Of a DNA stretch of 54,788 nt, positions 17,527 through 26,519 are shown one piece after another (position 1 is the first letter of the stretch; each line of letters begins with the position of its first letter). Below the pieces are notes generated by a model, which saw only the letters and a list, made by a program, of their open reading frames with translations, was not told the DNA's origin and searched no databases. The stretch lies in assembly GCA_964355655.1 (NCBI GenBank), contig CAYHDT010000007.1:1-54788 (forward strand), in the 5' to 3' direction. The DNA is from an uncultured Candidatus Saccharibacteria bacterium (lineage in GTDB: Bacteria; Patescibacteriota; Minisyncoccia; Phycocordibacterales; SBAW01). Made by a program: the position numbers and the translations under genes.

Positions 17527-18795
17527 ATGGAACGGATTTCTCGATTTGAAAACTTCCAGAAACATAGAGATATAGAGCCGATTGAGAAAAGGGAAGGCCG
17601 GCCCGATGATATAGAGGTTGGGGGCATCTCGCTTTTAAAAATTGAAAAGACTCCGCTGCAGCAAGAAGTGGCGCAGAGTGCCCTTTCTTTCGTGCAGGAG
17701 CATTTGCAGAATCTCGGTATTACCGGGCGGTCATTCGACTCGCGGCGCATAACCTATGTCGACTATTACGGCAACGACCGGGGTTCTTGGAATATAGATG
17801 ACGATTGGGTAGTCCTCTCGACCGCTGTTGCCGAAGCAAATGTGCATACTTCAGAGCACGAGCTCCTCCACGCTTTTTCAGCAGAATGGCAGTATAAAGC
17901 TCGCGGAGAGGTCGAATCAAAAGAAGCTATTCGTCCCGCAAAGACCGGGTTTAGTACGGTCTGGCAGAAAAAAGAGCATACGCTTGAAGCGCCCGCGTAT
18001 AAGAAGAATTTCTCTCTTTTAAACGAAGCGGTAACTGAAAAAATAGCCCGGGAGATTACCGCAAAACACGAAGCATATATCGCGGCTTTGCCGCGCAAGT
18101 ATGAAACTCGCTTTCAAGAACATATTGCCCGCGCCCAAGAATATGTAAACCAAGGGATTGCGGCCGACCGCGAGCAGTTTGAGAAGAAAAAAGCCGAAAT
18201 TATCCAAAATATGGAGGCAGAGATCAAGCGGCATCAGGCGTTTGCCGAACAAAGTCTTGCGGATTTGGATAAATTGGAGACAGAAGCACGAAATCCGGAA
18301 ATGCTGGAAACCGAACGCACTCATATTAAAGAGCATCAGGATATCGCAGTTAAATACGCGCGCGAAACCGCCGACATACTTATACGGCTGGAAGAATCTC
18401 ATTTAGAGGTGTACAAGGATATTATGGAGAGCAAAACGCTGGAACATATCCGCAACGCCTGGTTGAAGCCCACTGAAAGCGGGGCCTATGAAGACGGGAT
18501 AAAAATGCTAGATTTGTTGCTCGAAGGAATGGCGCTTCAGAAAACAAAAGAGGAAAAAATATCTTATGAAGAAGCTCACGCTGCAGTGTGGACAGAAATG
18601 CAAAAAGCCTATTTCAACGGCAAGACTATCTGGTTGCGTACTATTGAAAAAACATTTGGCGAGGGGGCGTTTCGGTCGATAGGGGAATTAGCTCCGGATC
18701 CGCTCGGGGGCATGTTCGGCGGAGATGATAAAACAAAGGAAGTGCTGACGATTTTAGAAGAAATAGTAAAAAATTTTAGGCAGACTCGACACTAA
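17527..18795 (+). CDS. Hypothetical protein with HExxH motif and coiled-coil region
   Basis: HELLH, downstream NEAVTE; long charged helical stretch. Confidence 0.7.
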   Translation: MERISRFENFQKHRDIEPIEKREGRPDDIEVGGISLLKIEKTPLQQEVAQSALSFVQEHLQNLGITGRSFDSRRITYVDYYGNDRGSWNIDDDWVVLSTAVAEANVHTSEHELLHAFSAEWQYKARGEVESKEAIRPAKTGFSTVWQKKEHTLEAPAYKKNFSLLNEAVTEKIAREITAKHEAYIAALPRKYETRFQEHIARAQEYVNQGIAADREQFEKKKAEIIQNMEAEIKRHQAFAEQSLADLDKLETEARNPEMLETERTHIKEHQDIAVKYARETADILIRLEESHLEVYKDIMESKTLEHIRNAWLKPTESGAYEDGIKMLDLLLEGMALQKTKEEKISYEEAHAAVWTEMQKAYFNGKTIWLRTIEKTFGEGAFRSIGELAPDPLGGMFGGDDKTKEVLTILEEIVKNFRQTRH

Positions 18796-18841
18796 CAGCC
18801 AGTTGCACAGAACGGCCTAATGTTGTACCGTTAGCTCCATT

Positions 18842-19426
18842 ATGCATCCGAAGGAGGAAAAGACTTTCGTCATCATCAAGCCCGACGGCGTCCGCAAGGG
18901 CCTGGTCGGCGAGATTATTACCCGCTTCGAGCGCCGCGACCTTAAAGTGGTGGCGCTGGAGATGTTCCACCCCTCCCGCAAGGAAATGGATAATCACTAT
19001 CCTAAGGATGATAAGTGGATACGCCGCCTCGGCGAGAAGACCATGGCCACCTACGCCAAGTACGGCCACGATGTCAAAAAAGACTTCGGCACCAGTGACC
19101 TGATGCGCGTCGGCAAGACCGTGCGCGGCTGGCTCTTGGACTTTATGTCCTCGGCACCTCTGGTCAAAATGGTAGTGCAAGGCGTGCACGCGGTGGATAT
19201 GGTCCGCAAAATAGTCGGCCCCACAATGCCGTATCTCGCCGAGATGGGCACTATCCGCGGCGACTTCTCCAACGACTCGCCGCTCAATGCCAATGTCGAG
19301 CGCCGCTCGGTATACAACCTGGTGCATGCCTCTGAGACTCCGGAGGAAGCAAAGCACGAAATAGCCCACTGGTTCGGCAAATCGAGCCCCATCTACAAAT
19401 ACAAGCGCTTTGGTGTTGACGAGTAA
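18842..19426 (+). CDS. ndk: Nucleoside-diphosphate kinase
   Basis: IIKPDGV, GTIRGDF, NLVHAS. Confidence 0.96.
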   Translation: MHPKEEKTFVIIKPDGVRKGLVGEIITRFERRDLKVVALEMFHPSRKEMDNHYPKDDKWIRRLGEKTMATYAKYGHDVKKDFGTSDLMRVGKTVRGWLLDFMSSAPLVKMVVQGVHAVDMVRKIVGPTMPYLAEMGTIRGDFSNDSPLNANVERRSVYNLVHASETPEEAKHEIAHWFGKSSPIYKYKRFGVDE

Positions 19427-19432
19427 GGTCTC

Positions 19433-20014
19433 ATGACCAAATTTATTTTGGTCGGCGGGTATGTGCGTAAAGCGGCGGACGGCGGCAAAGCATTTTGTGA
19501 GGAATTGGTAAGAGGTTTTGATGTGCCGGTAAAAATACTCGATTGTTTTTTTGCCGAACCGGAGGAACTTTGGGCCAGGAAGTTTGCTATTGATAAAGAA
19601 TTTTTCAGTACTCAGCTGCCGGAGAAAGATCTCGAGTTACGCATGGCCTCGGTCGAAGTGTTTGCCGCGCAGGTGCAGTGGGCCGACGCGATATTTCTGC
19701 GCGGAGGTTTAAATGACCGCCTTTTTCCTGCGTTGCGTGTCGATTTGGCGTGGACAAAACACCTTGGCGGTAAAACTTTGGCGGGCACCTCTGCCGGAGC
19801 GGACGCGCTTGCGAAATATACTTGGGGGCTAGACTCACTTCAGCTTGAGGAAGGGCTCGGGTTGGTGCCGGTTAAAGTGCTCGTACACTACCTCTCCGAT
19901 TATAATGCGCCGAATATCGATTGGAACAAAGCCGAGGCGGAGCTTAGGGCCTTTAAAGAGGATTTGCCCCTGGTAGCCTTGCGGGAAGGAGAATTTAAAG
20001 TTTTTGAGAAATAA
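19433..20014 (+). CDS. Peptidase S51 (dipeptidase E) / class I GATase-like protein
   Basis: DAIFLRGG, GTSAGA nucleophile elbow, VLVHY. Confidence 0.8.
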   Translation: MTKFILVGGYVRKAADGGKAFCEELVRGFDVPVKILDCFFAEPEELWARKFAIDKEFFSTQLPEKDLELRMASVEVFAAQVQWADAIFLRGGLNDRLFPALRVDLAWTKHLGGKTLAGTSAGADALAKYTWGLDSLQLEEGLGLVPVKVLVHYLSDYNAPNIDWNKAEAELRAFKEDLPLVALREGEFKVFEK

Positions 20015-20019
20015 TGACA

Positions 20020-20694
20020 TTACAAGGTTTCGCCTTGTAGCGGCTGGTAGGATAGCCAGTCTGTAACGCTATCTTCAAAGTTTTTAGGAGTTTGTAAAAA
20101 TTCTCTAAGGACTGCCTGCTCGATGATTGCGCCCTCCAGGCGATTTTTTCCGATGTAATCTGGGTAGCTAGAGTAGCGATATTTTTGCAAGTGATCGGAT
20201 GCTAAATCTTTGCTGCTTATCCCAGTTTCTTTCCATTTAGGTTCAATAAGTTTTATCGGATTGAGGTGTATATAAGAAATAACATATTTGAAGTACCGGT
20301 CGTCCTTCGCGTGTTGGGATTTGAATACTCCTTGAAATAAGGCACCGCTTCGTTCGTGGCGTTTATTAAAATACATAGTGTATCCCGTTGTCAGTTTTTG
20401 CATAAATCGACTTATATTGCCTCCAGCTTTCTCGCGGACAAGAAAGTGGAAATGATTTGGCATCAAACAATATACGGCCAGATCGATCAGTGCTTCCCCT
20501 CGATTAAGTAGAGTTGCCTCATACAAGGTTTCGCCTTGTAATTTTAAATCTGCAGGGACGGAACTATTACACAAATACATTAACCGCAAGAATCTCTCAT
20601 AATCTTTATCTGAGGTAAAAATGTCGCGCTTGTCCGTGCCCCGGTTGTAAAGGTGATACCATTCGCCAGGTACGAGTGCGGTTTTTCTGAGCAT
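20020..20694 (-). CDS. REP-associated tyrosine (Y1 HUH) transposase, RAYT
   Basis: YHLYNRG, YCLMPNHFH (HUH), YIHLNP, SSY. Confidence 0.92.
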   Translation of the reverse strand: MLRKTALVPGEWYHLYNRGTDKRDIFTSDKDYERFLRLMYLCNSSVPADLKLQGETLYEATLLNRGEALIDLAVYCLMPNHFHFLVREKAGGNISRFMQKLTTGYTMYFNKRHERSGALFQGVFKSQHAKDDRYFKYVISYIHLNPIKLIEPKWKETGISSKDLASDHLQKYRYSSYPDYIGKNRLEGAIIEQAVLREFLQTPKNFEDSVTDWLSYQPLQGETL

Positions 20695-20741
20695 ATTTCT
20701 ATTGTACTGCCCCCACAAGATTTACAAGGTTTCGCCTTGTA
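20021..20741. repeat. Three identical 19-bp REP-like palindromes TACAAGGTTTCGCCTTGTA
   Basis: At 20021-20039, 20522-20540 and 20723-20741. Confidence 0.92.
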
Positions 20742-20823
20742 GACAGCTTCGGTGTTGACGAGTAACACTTATCGACGCTATCCCCGTATCATAGTGCGCG
20801 GAATTACTATTTGATATACTAGG

Positions 20824-20966
20824 AGCAGGAGGCCGAAGGCAAAATCCTTACTTACACACAGGGAGCTCGAGGTGAGTGACTTAACGGTCATCCATAGGGC
20901 ACCCACCTAGTGAAAACTAGGATACGCCTTCGGAATCCTGCAGAGCGTCCCCCACTGAGGGGACTT
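20824..20966 (+). ncRNA. Candidate structured ncRNA with its own terminator
   Basis: TATACT at 20815; nested pairing GCAGGA/TCCTGC, CCGAAGGC/GCCTTCGG, ATCCT/AGGAT; GTCCCC/GGGGAC-TTT follows. Confidence 0.5.
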
Positions 20967-20985
20967 TCTGTTAAGATGAGTATTC

Positions 20986-22344
20986 ATGCGCGAATCAATT
21001 TTATATTTTTACGGCGCGGCGGGTACGGTAACCGGCTCTAATTTTTTACTCGACACCGGCTCACAAAAGCTCCTTATTGATTGCGGGCTTATGCAGGGGA
21101 TGGGGGAGGATAAAAATTGGGAATCCTTTCCCTATAATCCGGCGGATATATCCCACTTGTTGGTGACGCATGCGCACCTCGACCATATCGGGCGCATTCC
21201 GCGGCTGGTCAAGCAGGGATTCAAAGGAAAAATAATTTCTACCAAGGCGACGCTCGCGCTGGCCGAGCCGCTCTTGCTTGATGCGATGGAGATTCTGGGG
21301 CATGCCGCAGAGAAACATGGGCGCGAAGAGCTTTTTAATGAACATGATATTTCTTCCGCCATGCAATTATGGACCGGTATCGGGTATGGAGAAAAAACAG
21401 ACCTGCAAGATAATGCCTCGTTTGAGCTTTTAGACGCGGGACATATCCTCGGCTCGGCGATGGTAAGACTCGTCCGCGAAGGGAGGAATATTGTTTTTAG
21501 CGGAGACCTCGGCGGCGGCAATTCGCCGCTCATGGGGCCGACGCACGAACTGAGAGGCGCAACATACTTGGTGATGGAAGGCACCTACGGCGACCGGACG
21601 CGGCCCGATGACGCCGGGCGCCGTGAGCAGTTGGAGAACATTATCGAAGACTCAGCTAAACGCGGAGGAACCCTGCTTATCCCCGCGTTTTCTACCGAGC
21701 GTACGCAGGATTTGATGTATGAAATTAAGACATTGATGGTAGAGAAGCGCGTCCCCTCGATGCCGGTTTTTATCGACTCGCCACTCGCCTCGCGGGTGAC
21801 GCGCGCGTTTGTCGCGCATCCGGAGTATATGTCCGCGGATATACGAGCTCGCATTGCGGCAGGAGAGGACATCTTCGGCTTCCCCGAGATGCATTTTGTC
21901 GAGACAGTTGAAGAGTCCCACAAAATTAAAAATACTCCCGGCCCGAAGATAATTCTCGCCGGTTCGGGAATGTCCAGCGGCGGCCGCGTACTCTCTCATG
22001 AACGGGAGTATCTGCCCGATGTGGCCTCAACGTTGCTTATTGTCGGATATCAAGCCGCCGGCACCATGGGTCGCCGCCTTATCGAGGGGGCGAAGAGTAT
22101 TGAGTATCATAAAGAAAAAATTCCGGTGCGTGCCAAAGTCGAGACCTTGTACGGCTACTCGGCGCATATGGACGGGGAGAGGCTGCTGGAATTCGCCAAC
22201 AAAGCGGCACAGGATGCCGAGGAGGTGTTTGTGGTGCACGCCGAGTCGGCGGCGTCTCTATTTTTGACCCAGCGCATCCGCGATTATTTGGGAGTTAAAG
22301 CAACTGCGCCAGAAATCGGCAATAAGGTCGTGTTAAAATGGTAG
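20986..22344 (+). CDS. MBL-fold beta-CASP ribonuclease family protein
   Basis: THAHLDHIGR, AGHILGS, GYQAAGT, YSAHMD. Confidence 0.93.
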   Translation: MRESILYFYGAAGTVTGSNFLLDTGSQKLLIDCGLMQGMGEDKNWESFPYNPADISHLLVTHAHLDHIGRIPRLVKQGFKGKIISTKATLALAEPLLLDAMEILGHAAEKHGREELFNEHDISSAMQLWTGIGYGEKTDLQDNASFELLDAGHILGSAMVRLVREGRNIVFSGDLGGGNSPLMGPTHELRGATYLVMEGTYGDRTRPDDAGRREQLENIIEDSAKRGGTLLIPAFSTERTQDLMYEIKTLMVEKRVPSMPVFIDSPLASRVTRAFVAHPEYMSADIRARIAAGEDIFGFPEMHFVETVEESHKIKNTPGPKIILAGSGMSSGGRVLSHEREYLPDVASTLLIVGYQAAGTMGRRLIEGAKSIEYHKEKIPVRAKVETLYGYSAHMDGERLLEFANKAAQDAEEVFVVHAESAASLFLTQRIRDYLGVKATAPEIGNKVVLKW

Positions 22345-22346
22345 CA

Positions 22347-22976
22347 ATGGATCCGAAACATTTGCATCTGCAGATAAAACTCTGTGTTTCCGGTGCGGCC
22401 GAAACGGGGCATTGCGGTGTGGATGCGTACGACAAAGGGCTCGAGCTTGGGCGCCAAATCGCCAAACACAACGCGGTTACTGTTAACGGCGCTACCACCG
22501 GCTTCCCGCTGTGGGCGGCGATGGGCGCCAAGGAGGCCGGCGGGTATACCATCGGCTTTTCTCCGGCAAACTCCGAGCGCGAGCATATCGAACGGTACAA
22601 TCTGCCTGTCGAGTATCTCGACCTGATTGTCTACACCGGTTTTGGGTACCCGGGCCGCGACCTCATACTTACCCGCTCTTCCGACGCGGTGCTCTTTGGG
22701 TGCGGGCGCATCGGTACCATACATGAGTTTACTATCGCGTTTGAGGACCAAAAGCCCATCGGGATACTGGAAGCAGGTTGGGAGACTGATGAAGTTCTTA
22801 AGAGCATCCTCGCAAATGGCCACCGCCCCAATGACCGTATTGTATTTGACACCGACCCTAAAGCGCTTGTGGAGCGTGTCGTAGAGCTGGTCAATAAAGA
22901 CAAAATAAACCGCGCGTCGTTTCGCTTTGACCCGGCCGCTCCGGTGCAGGCGCCCGCTCCGATAGCAACGAAGTAA
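22347..22976 (+). CDS. LOG/SLOG (TIGR00725-like) nucleotide-binding protein
   Basis: NGATTG, IGFSP, GRD, GTIHEF. Confidence 0.8.
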   Translation: MDPKHLHLQIKLCVSGAAETGHCGVDAYDKGLELGRQIAKHNAVTVNGATTGFPLWAAMGAKEAGGYTIGFSPANSEREHIERYNLPVEYLDLIVYTGFGYPGRDLILTRSSDAVLFGCGRIGTIHEFTIAFEDQKPIGILEAGWETDEVLKSILANGHRPNDRIVFDTDPKALVERVVELVNKDKINRASFRFDPAAPVQAPAPIATK

Positions 22977-22988
22977 GTTATTTTTTTA

Positions 22989-23026
22989 TTGACACCACTA
23001 ACAGATGTGTATACACTGTATATACT
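22989..23026 (+). promoter_or_regulatory. mazEF promoter and operator
   Basis: TTGACA-17bp-TACACT overlapping the palindrome GTGTATACAC. Confidence 0.65.
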
Positions 23027-23269
23027 ATGACTACGACCATAAGAAAATGGGGCAACAGTTTGGGAGTTCGAATTTCGCGCGAGATTGCCGAAGACACCGG
23101 GCTTTCTGAGGGAAAGGAGGTCGCGTTGGAAAAACGGGACGGGAGGCTCACTCTTCGTCCTGTAGCCGAGCCGCATCTCTCGCTTAGTGCGCTTATACGC
23201 AAAATAACTCCCCGCAACCGCCACGCAGAAGTGTCGTGGAGTAAGCCGCGCGGAAAAGAAGTATGGTAA
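23027..23269 (+). CDS. mazE: AbrB/MazE antitoxin
   Basis: KWGNSLGVRI; ends GKEVW. Confidence 0.93.
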   Translation: MTTTIRKWGNSLGVRISREIAEDTGLSEGKEVALEKRDGRLTLRPVAEPHLSLSALIRKITPRNRHAEVSWSKPRGKEVW

Positions 23270-23604
23270 AGAAAAAAAGTGCCGTGCCAGTGCAAGGAGG
23301 CATCTATAAAGTGTCTCTCGACCCAACCGTAGGCCACGAACAGCGTGGGTACCGGCCAGCGCTTGTGGTATCTCCCCTAAAATACAACGCTAAATCAGGG
23401 TTAGCGCTTGTGTGCCCGATTACGTCACAACGCAAAGGGTATCCGTTTGAAGTGCCGCTTAGCATAGATAAACTGGACGGGGCTGTGCTAGTCGACCAAG
23501 TGCGAGCCCTGGATTGGCGAGCAAGAAAATTTGTATATGTAGGAAAGCTTGAAATCAAAGCGTTTGAAGAGGTTCGAGCAAAACTCCTAGCGATTTTAAG
23601 TTAA
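23263..23604 (+). CDS. mazF: MazF/PemK endoribonuclease toxin
   Basis: DPTVGHEQRGYRPALVVS, CPITS, DQVRALD. Confidence 0.94.
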   Translation: MVKKKSAVPVQGGIYKVSLDPTVGHEQRGYRPALVVSPLKYNAKSGLALVCPITSQRKGYPFEVPLSIDKLDGAVLVDQVRALDWRARKFVYVGKLEIKAFEEVRAKLLAILS

Positions 23605-23744
23605 ATGGTTTGAGACTCGTGATCATACTGTCAAACCAGACGAAACAGAAGAAAGAGAAAGGGTGCGCAAGTATATCCGGGGAAAAGTTGAGCAATACTT
23701 TAGGAGCTTATAAACAAAAAACCCCGCCACCCCCAACCCTGTAG

Positions 23745-24191
23745 TTACTGAAGTGTTAATTTCAACTCGGAATTTACCTTTACAGCATCTTCAATTACTG
23801 AAACTAATAGAGAAAAGTCATTTCCGAGCGAAACCCGCGCTTGTTCCGAGTTATTCCAAATAATCCGGGCTTTCTTAATGTCCTCCGCTAAACACTCATC
23901 AAGTGCATCGAAATTTTTACCGAAGTAGGAAGGAAGTTTTAAGTCATTAGCTAATCGGCTGAAGACGTATTCAAGACCTCCCTCGTCTCCAGTTAATATA
24001 CAAGCCAAGATACCGCTTTTATTCCAAACCTCTTTTGCTTCATTTAAACTTTCCTTATTGGCTCCACCCTGATAGTCGGGGTCTCGAAATTGCACCTGGT
24101 CGTCTTCCCAGCCACAAATAGGGCATATCGCGTAACTGCCTGGTGGTTCGCTAAAGACCGGATACTGGCAGACAGGACAAGGGTATTTCAT
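23745..24191 (-). CDS. Cys-rich CPCC domain fused to barstar-like domain
   Basis: CPVC..ICPICGWEDD..GGANKESLNEA plus LPSYFGKNFDALDECL. Confidence 0.78.
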   Translation of the reverse strand: MKYPCPVCQYPVFSEPPGSYAICPICGWEDDQVQFRDPDYQGGANKESLNEAKEVWNKSGILACILTGDEGGLEYVFSRLANDLKLPSYFGKNFDALDECLAEDIKKARIIWNNSEQARVSLGNDFSLLVSVIEDAVKVNSELKLTLQ

Positions 24192-24210
24192 GTCTAGAAT
24201 ATAGCATAAC

Positions 24211-24239
24211 AAAAACCCCGCTCAATGAGCGGGGTTTTT
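24211..24239 (-). terminator. Terminator of infC-rpmI-rplT
   Basis: AAAAACCCCGCTC-aat-GAGCGGGGTTTTT. Confidence 0.85.
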
Positions 24240-24247
24240 GTTTTGAG

Positions 24248-24598
24248 TTAGCGAACCTGTTTGACAATCCGGGCGAAGACTTCGGGGCGGAACTCGGCGA
24301 GCGTCGCGAGCATCTTTGAGTTAAGTTCGACGCCTTTTTTGTTGGCGACGCCGATGAATTTCGAGTACGAGAGCTTTTCGTCAATAAGGCGCAGCCCCGC
24401 GTTGATGCGGACGTTAAAGAGGCGGCGGTAATCGTTCTTTTTGTCGCGGCGGTGGGCAAAGGCGTATTTGCCCGCGTGGAAGATGGCTTCGCGCGCCTGG
24501 CGCTTTTTGGTGGAGCGGCCGAAGCGGTAGCCCTTGGTCATCGCAAGAATATTCTTGCGGCGCTTGTTACTGGTTTTTCCTCCCTTTACGCGTGCCAT
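24248..24598 (-). CDS. rplT: 50S ribosomal protein L20
   Basis: MARVKGG, RINAG, SYSKFI. Confidence 0.98.
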   Translation of the reverse strand: MARVKGGKTSNKRRKNILAMTKGYRFGRSTKKRQAREAIFHAGKYAFAHRRDKKNDYRRLFNVRINAGLRLIDEKLSYSKFIGVANKKGVELNSKMLATLAEFRPEVFARIVKQVR

Positions 24599-24625
24599 AT
24601 AAAATTAATTGTTAGTTAGTAGCCC

Positions 24626-24835
24626 CTAGTTGCTGGTCTTAAGAGGGTTGCCGATGTAGCGCTGCATGACCTTCGGGGTCATCGTGCGGCGGGAGAGCGT
24701 TTCGGTGCGGTTGCCGGCCATCTGGTTAGAGCGGCTCTCCTTGGCGTTAAAGTGATTTTTGCCGGGCTTGCGCGCGACAATCTTCCCCGTGCGGGTAACT
24801 TTGAGCCTCTTTGAAAATGATTTATTGGTTTTCAT
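24626..24835 (-). CDS. rpmI: 50S ribosomal protein L35
   Basis: MKTNKSFSKRLKVTRTGK; synteny. Confidence 0.93.
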   Translation of the reverse strand: MKTNKSFSKRLKVTRTGKIVARKPGKNHFNAKESRSNQMAGNRTETLSRRTMTPKVMQRYIGNPLKTSN

Positions 24836-25350
24836 GATGGTTTTTTTGCCCGCTCCAGCACTGTCGCCAGCCCTTTAGGGCTCTTTGCTATAGGCTCGCC
24901 GAGCTTGTAGTCCGCCGGTATAAGTTTGAGGAACCGCTCCAGTCTTTCTTTGAGGAAAGCAAACTCCATGTACTTGTACCGTCCCCAGAGAAAAAGGTCC
25001 ACTTTGACCCTATGGCCCTCGGCAAGCCACTCGGCCGCCTTTTTGGCCTTAAGCTGCATGTCGTGGTCGCCGGTGCCTATCTTTACCTGGACCGACTTGG
25101 TCTCGGTAGTGTGGGATTTGGCCTTCATTTCCCGGCGTTTTTTCTGCTGTTCGTATTGGAATTTACCATATTCCATCACTTTTGCAACCGGCGGGACGGC
25201 GTTGGGGCTTATCTCGATAAGGTCCAGCCCGAACTCCTGAGCTTTCGCAATAGCGTCAGCAAGAGCTAAAACGCCGAAATTTTCCCCCTCAGGGCCTAAG
25301 ACACGCACTTCCTTAGCCCGTATTTGATGATTGATTCGAGTAGTATCCAA
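24832..25350 (-). CDS. infC: Translation initiation factor IF-3 (probable TTG start)
   Basis: RINHQIRAKEVR, PPVAKVMEYGKF. Confidence 0.95.
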   Translation of the reverse strand: MDTTRINHQIRAKEVRVLGPEGENFGVLALADAIAKAQEFGLDLIEISPNAVPPVAKVMEYGKFQYEQQKKRREMKAKSHTTETKSVQVKIGTGDHDMQLKAKKAAEWLAEGHRVKVDLFLWGRYKYMEFAFLKERLERFLKLIPADYKLGEPIAKSPKGLATVLERAKKPS

Positions 25351-25410
25351 AGCAGTTTGTGGGGCTACTATACCATATACCTCTTTTAAATACAGGCGTA
25401 TCATGGGCCT

Positions 25411-25914
25411 ATGTTTCCGGGAGATTTTTATGAGGGGGCGCGCCGGTCTGTGGGTGAGGTGGACGCTTTTGTGCGAAAACACGCTCTCGCGGGTCAAGTG
25501 CGCGCCGACCATATTTGTTACAAGTGCGACTCGACGCAGTCGTTCGAAGAAAAGCGCAAGATGCTCGAGCTCGAGAGCGAATATATCCACCAGTCGATAA
25601 TTTCCAAACGCCGGATTGCTTATTTAAAATTTAAGAAGCCCGTCGCCAGCTCAATAGGAGATATTTTCTTTTTGGAATTGTCCGACCAGAAGCCCGATGG
25701 CTCGCAGACGGAAGGTTTTGACCACGTGGAGATGTATCCGACCGCCGGGACCTATGAAGAGTTGGTGGCAAAACTCGAGCAGGCAGGGGAGACAGTGCTA
25801 CAAGTTGTGCGCCCGCATCATACGACTCATGATATTAAACTACCAAGCGGATTTTTAGTCCGCCTGTGCCAAGAGCCTTTGATAGAAAAGATAAAGCGCG
25901 AGGAAATGAATTAA
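25411..25914 (+). CDS. YecM-like VOC metalloprotein
   Basis: ADHICYKC, ELSDQK, GFDHVE. Confidence 0.7.
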   Translation: MFPGDFYEGARRSVGEVDAFVRKHALAGQVRADHICYKCDSTQSFEEKRKMLELESEYIHQSIISKRRIAYLKFKKPVASSIGDIFFLELSDQKPDGSQTEGFDHVEMYPTAGTYEELVAKLEQAGETVLQVVRPHHTTHDIKLPSGFLVRLCQEPLIEKIKREEMN

Positions 25915-25934
25915 AAAAGCAGCCCATTGGGCTG

Positions 25935-26447
25935 CTAATAGAACTTGCCGCCGATGGCCTTGGCCATGGTAAGGCGGATGAACCGCAGTTTTTCCTCGTC
26001 CAGTTCGTATTCTCCGAGCGCGGGCTTGGCGTAGTGCTGCCCCCACTCGTGATCGGCAGTCAATAGACCAATCTTCCCAACCGCCAACGGCTCTTTAAAC
26101 CGCGGCACGAAGTGCCAGTGCATATAGTGCTTATGCTCGGCCAAGTTGGCCAGGTATGCCATGTTGAGCAGAAAATTCTCGCCGTACGGGTCGACCTGAT
26201 GACCGAGCGCCCGGCAGGCGTCAACCACTTCGTCGAAGACGGTCTGGTTAAGCTCAAACACCGCTTGGCGCGAGAGGTCGCTGGGGCGCATATTCTCGCC
26301 TTGACCCTGCGAGTCGTCCTTTTTCCACCAGGCGTAGCAGCGCCCGACGTACGGGTTCTGCTTTTTGTGCAGAAACAGGGTCCAGTGCGTGTATTCCTTA
26401 ATGATATAAGGCAGATATTTAGGGTCGTCGGCCACAGTACTCTCCAT
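25935..26447 (-). CDS. HIT-like protein
   Basis: LNMAYLAN...HMHWHFVPR-type histidine triad. Confidence 0.7.
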   Translation of the reverse strand: MESTVADDPKYLPYIIKEYTHWTLFLHKKQNPYVGRCYAWWKKDDSQGQGENMRPSDLSRQAVFELNQTVFDEVVDACRALGHQVDPYGENFLLNMAYLANLAEHKHYMHWHFVPRFKEPLAVGKIGLLTADHEWGQHYAKPALGEYELDEEKLRFIRLTMAKAIGGKFY

Positions 26448-26519
26448 TGCTAAGGGACTCTGCCGGCACTGTACGGCAGGCAATGCAATTAGTAAAGCTT
26501 CGTTTATACTTACCTTTCT

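Noticed and set aside
20021-20741. CRISPR array from the 19-bp repeats
   Set aside because: Irregular spacing of about 500 and 200 bp, overlapping the RAYT gene; better explained as REPs
20824-20941. SRP RNA or a known riboswitch
   Set aside because: No SRP domain IV motif and no aptamer consensus that I recognise; left unassigned
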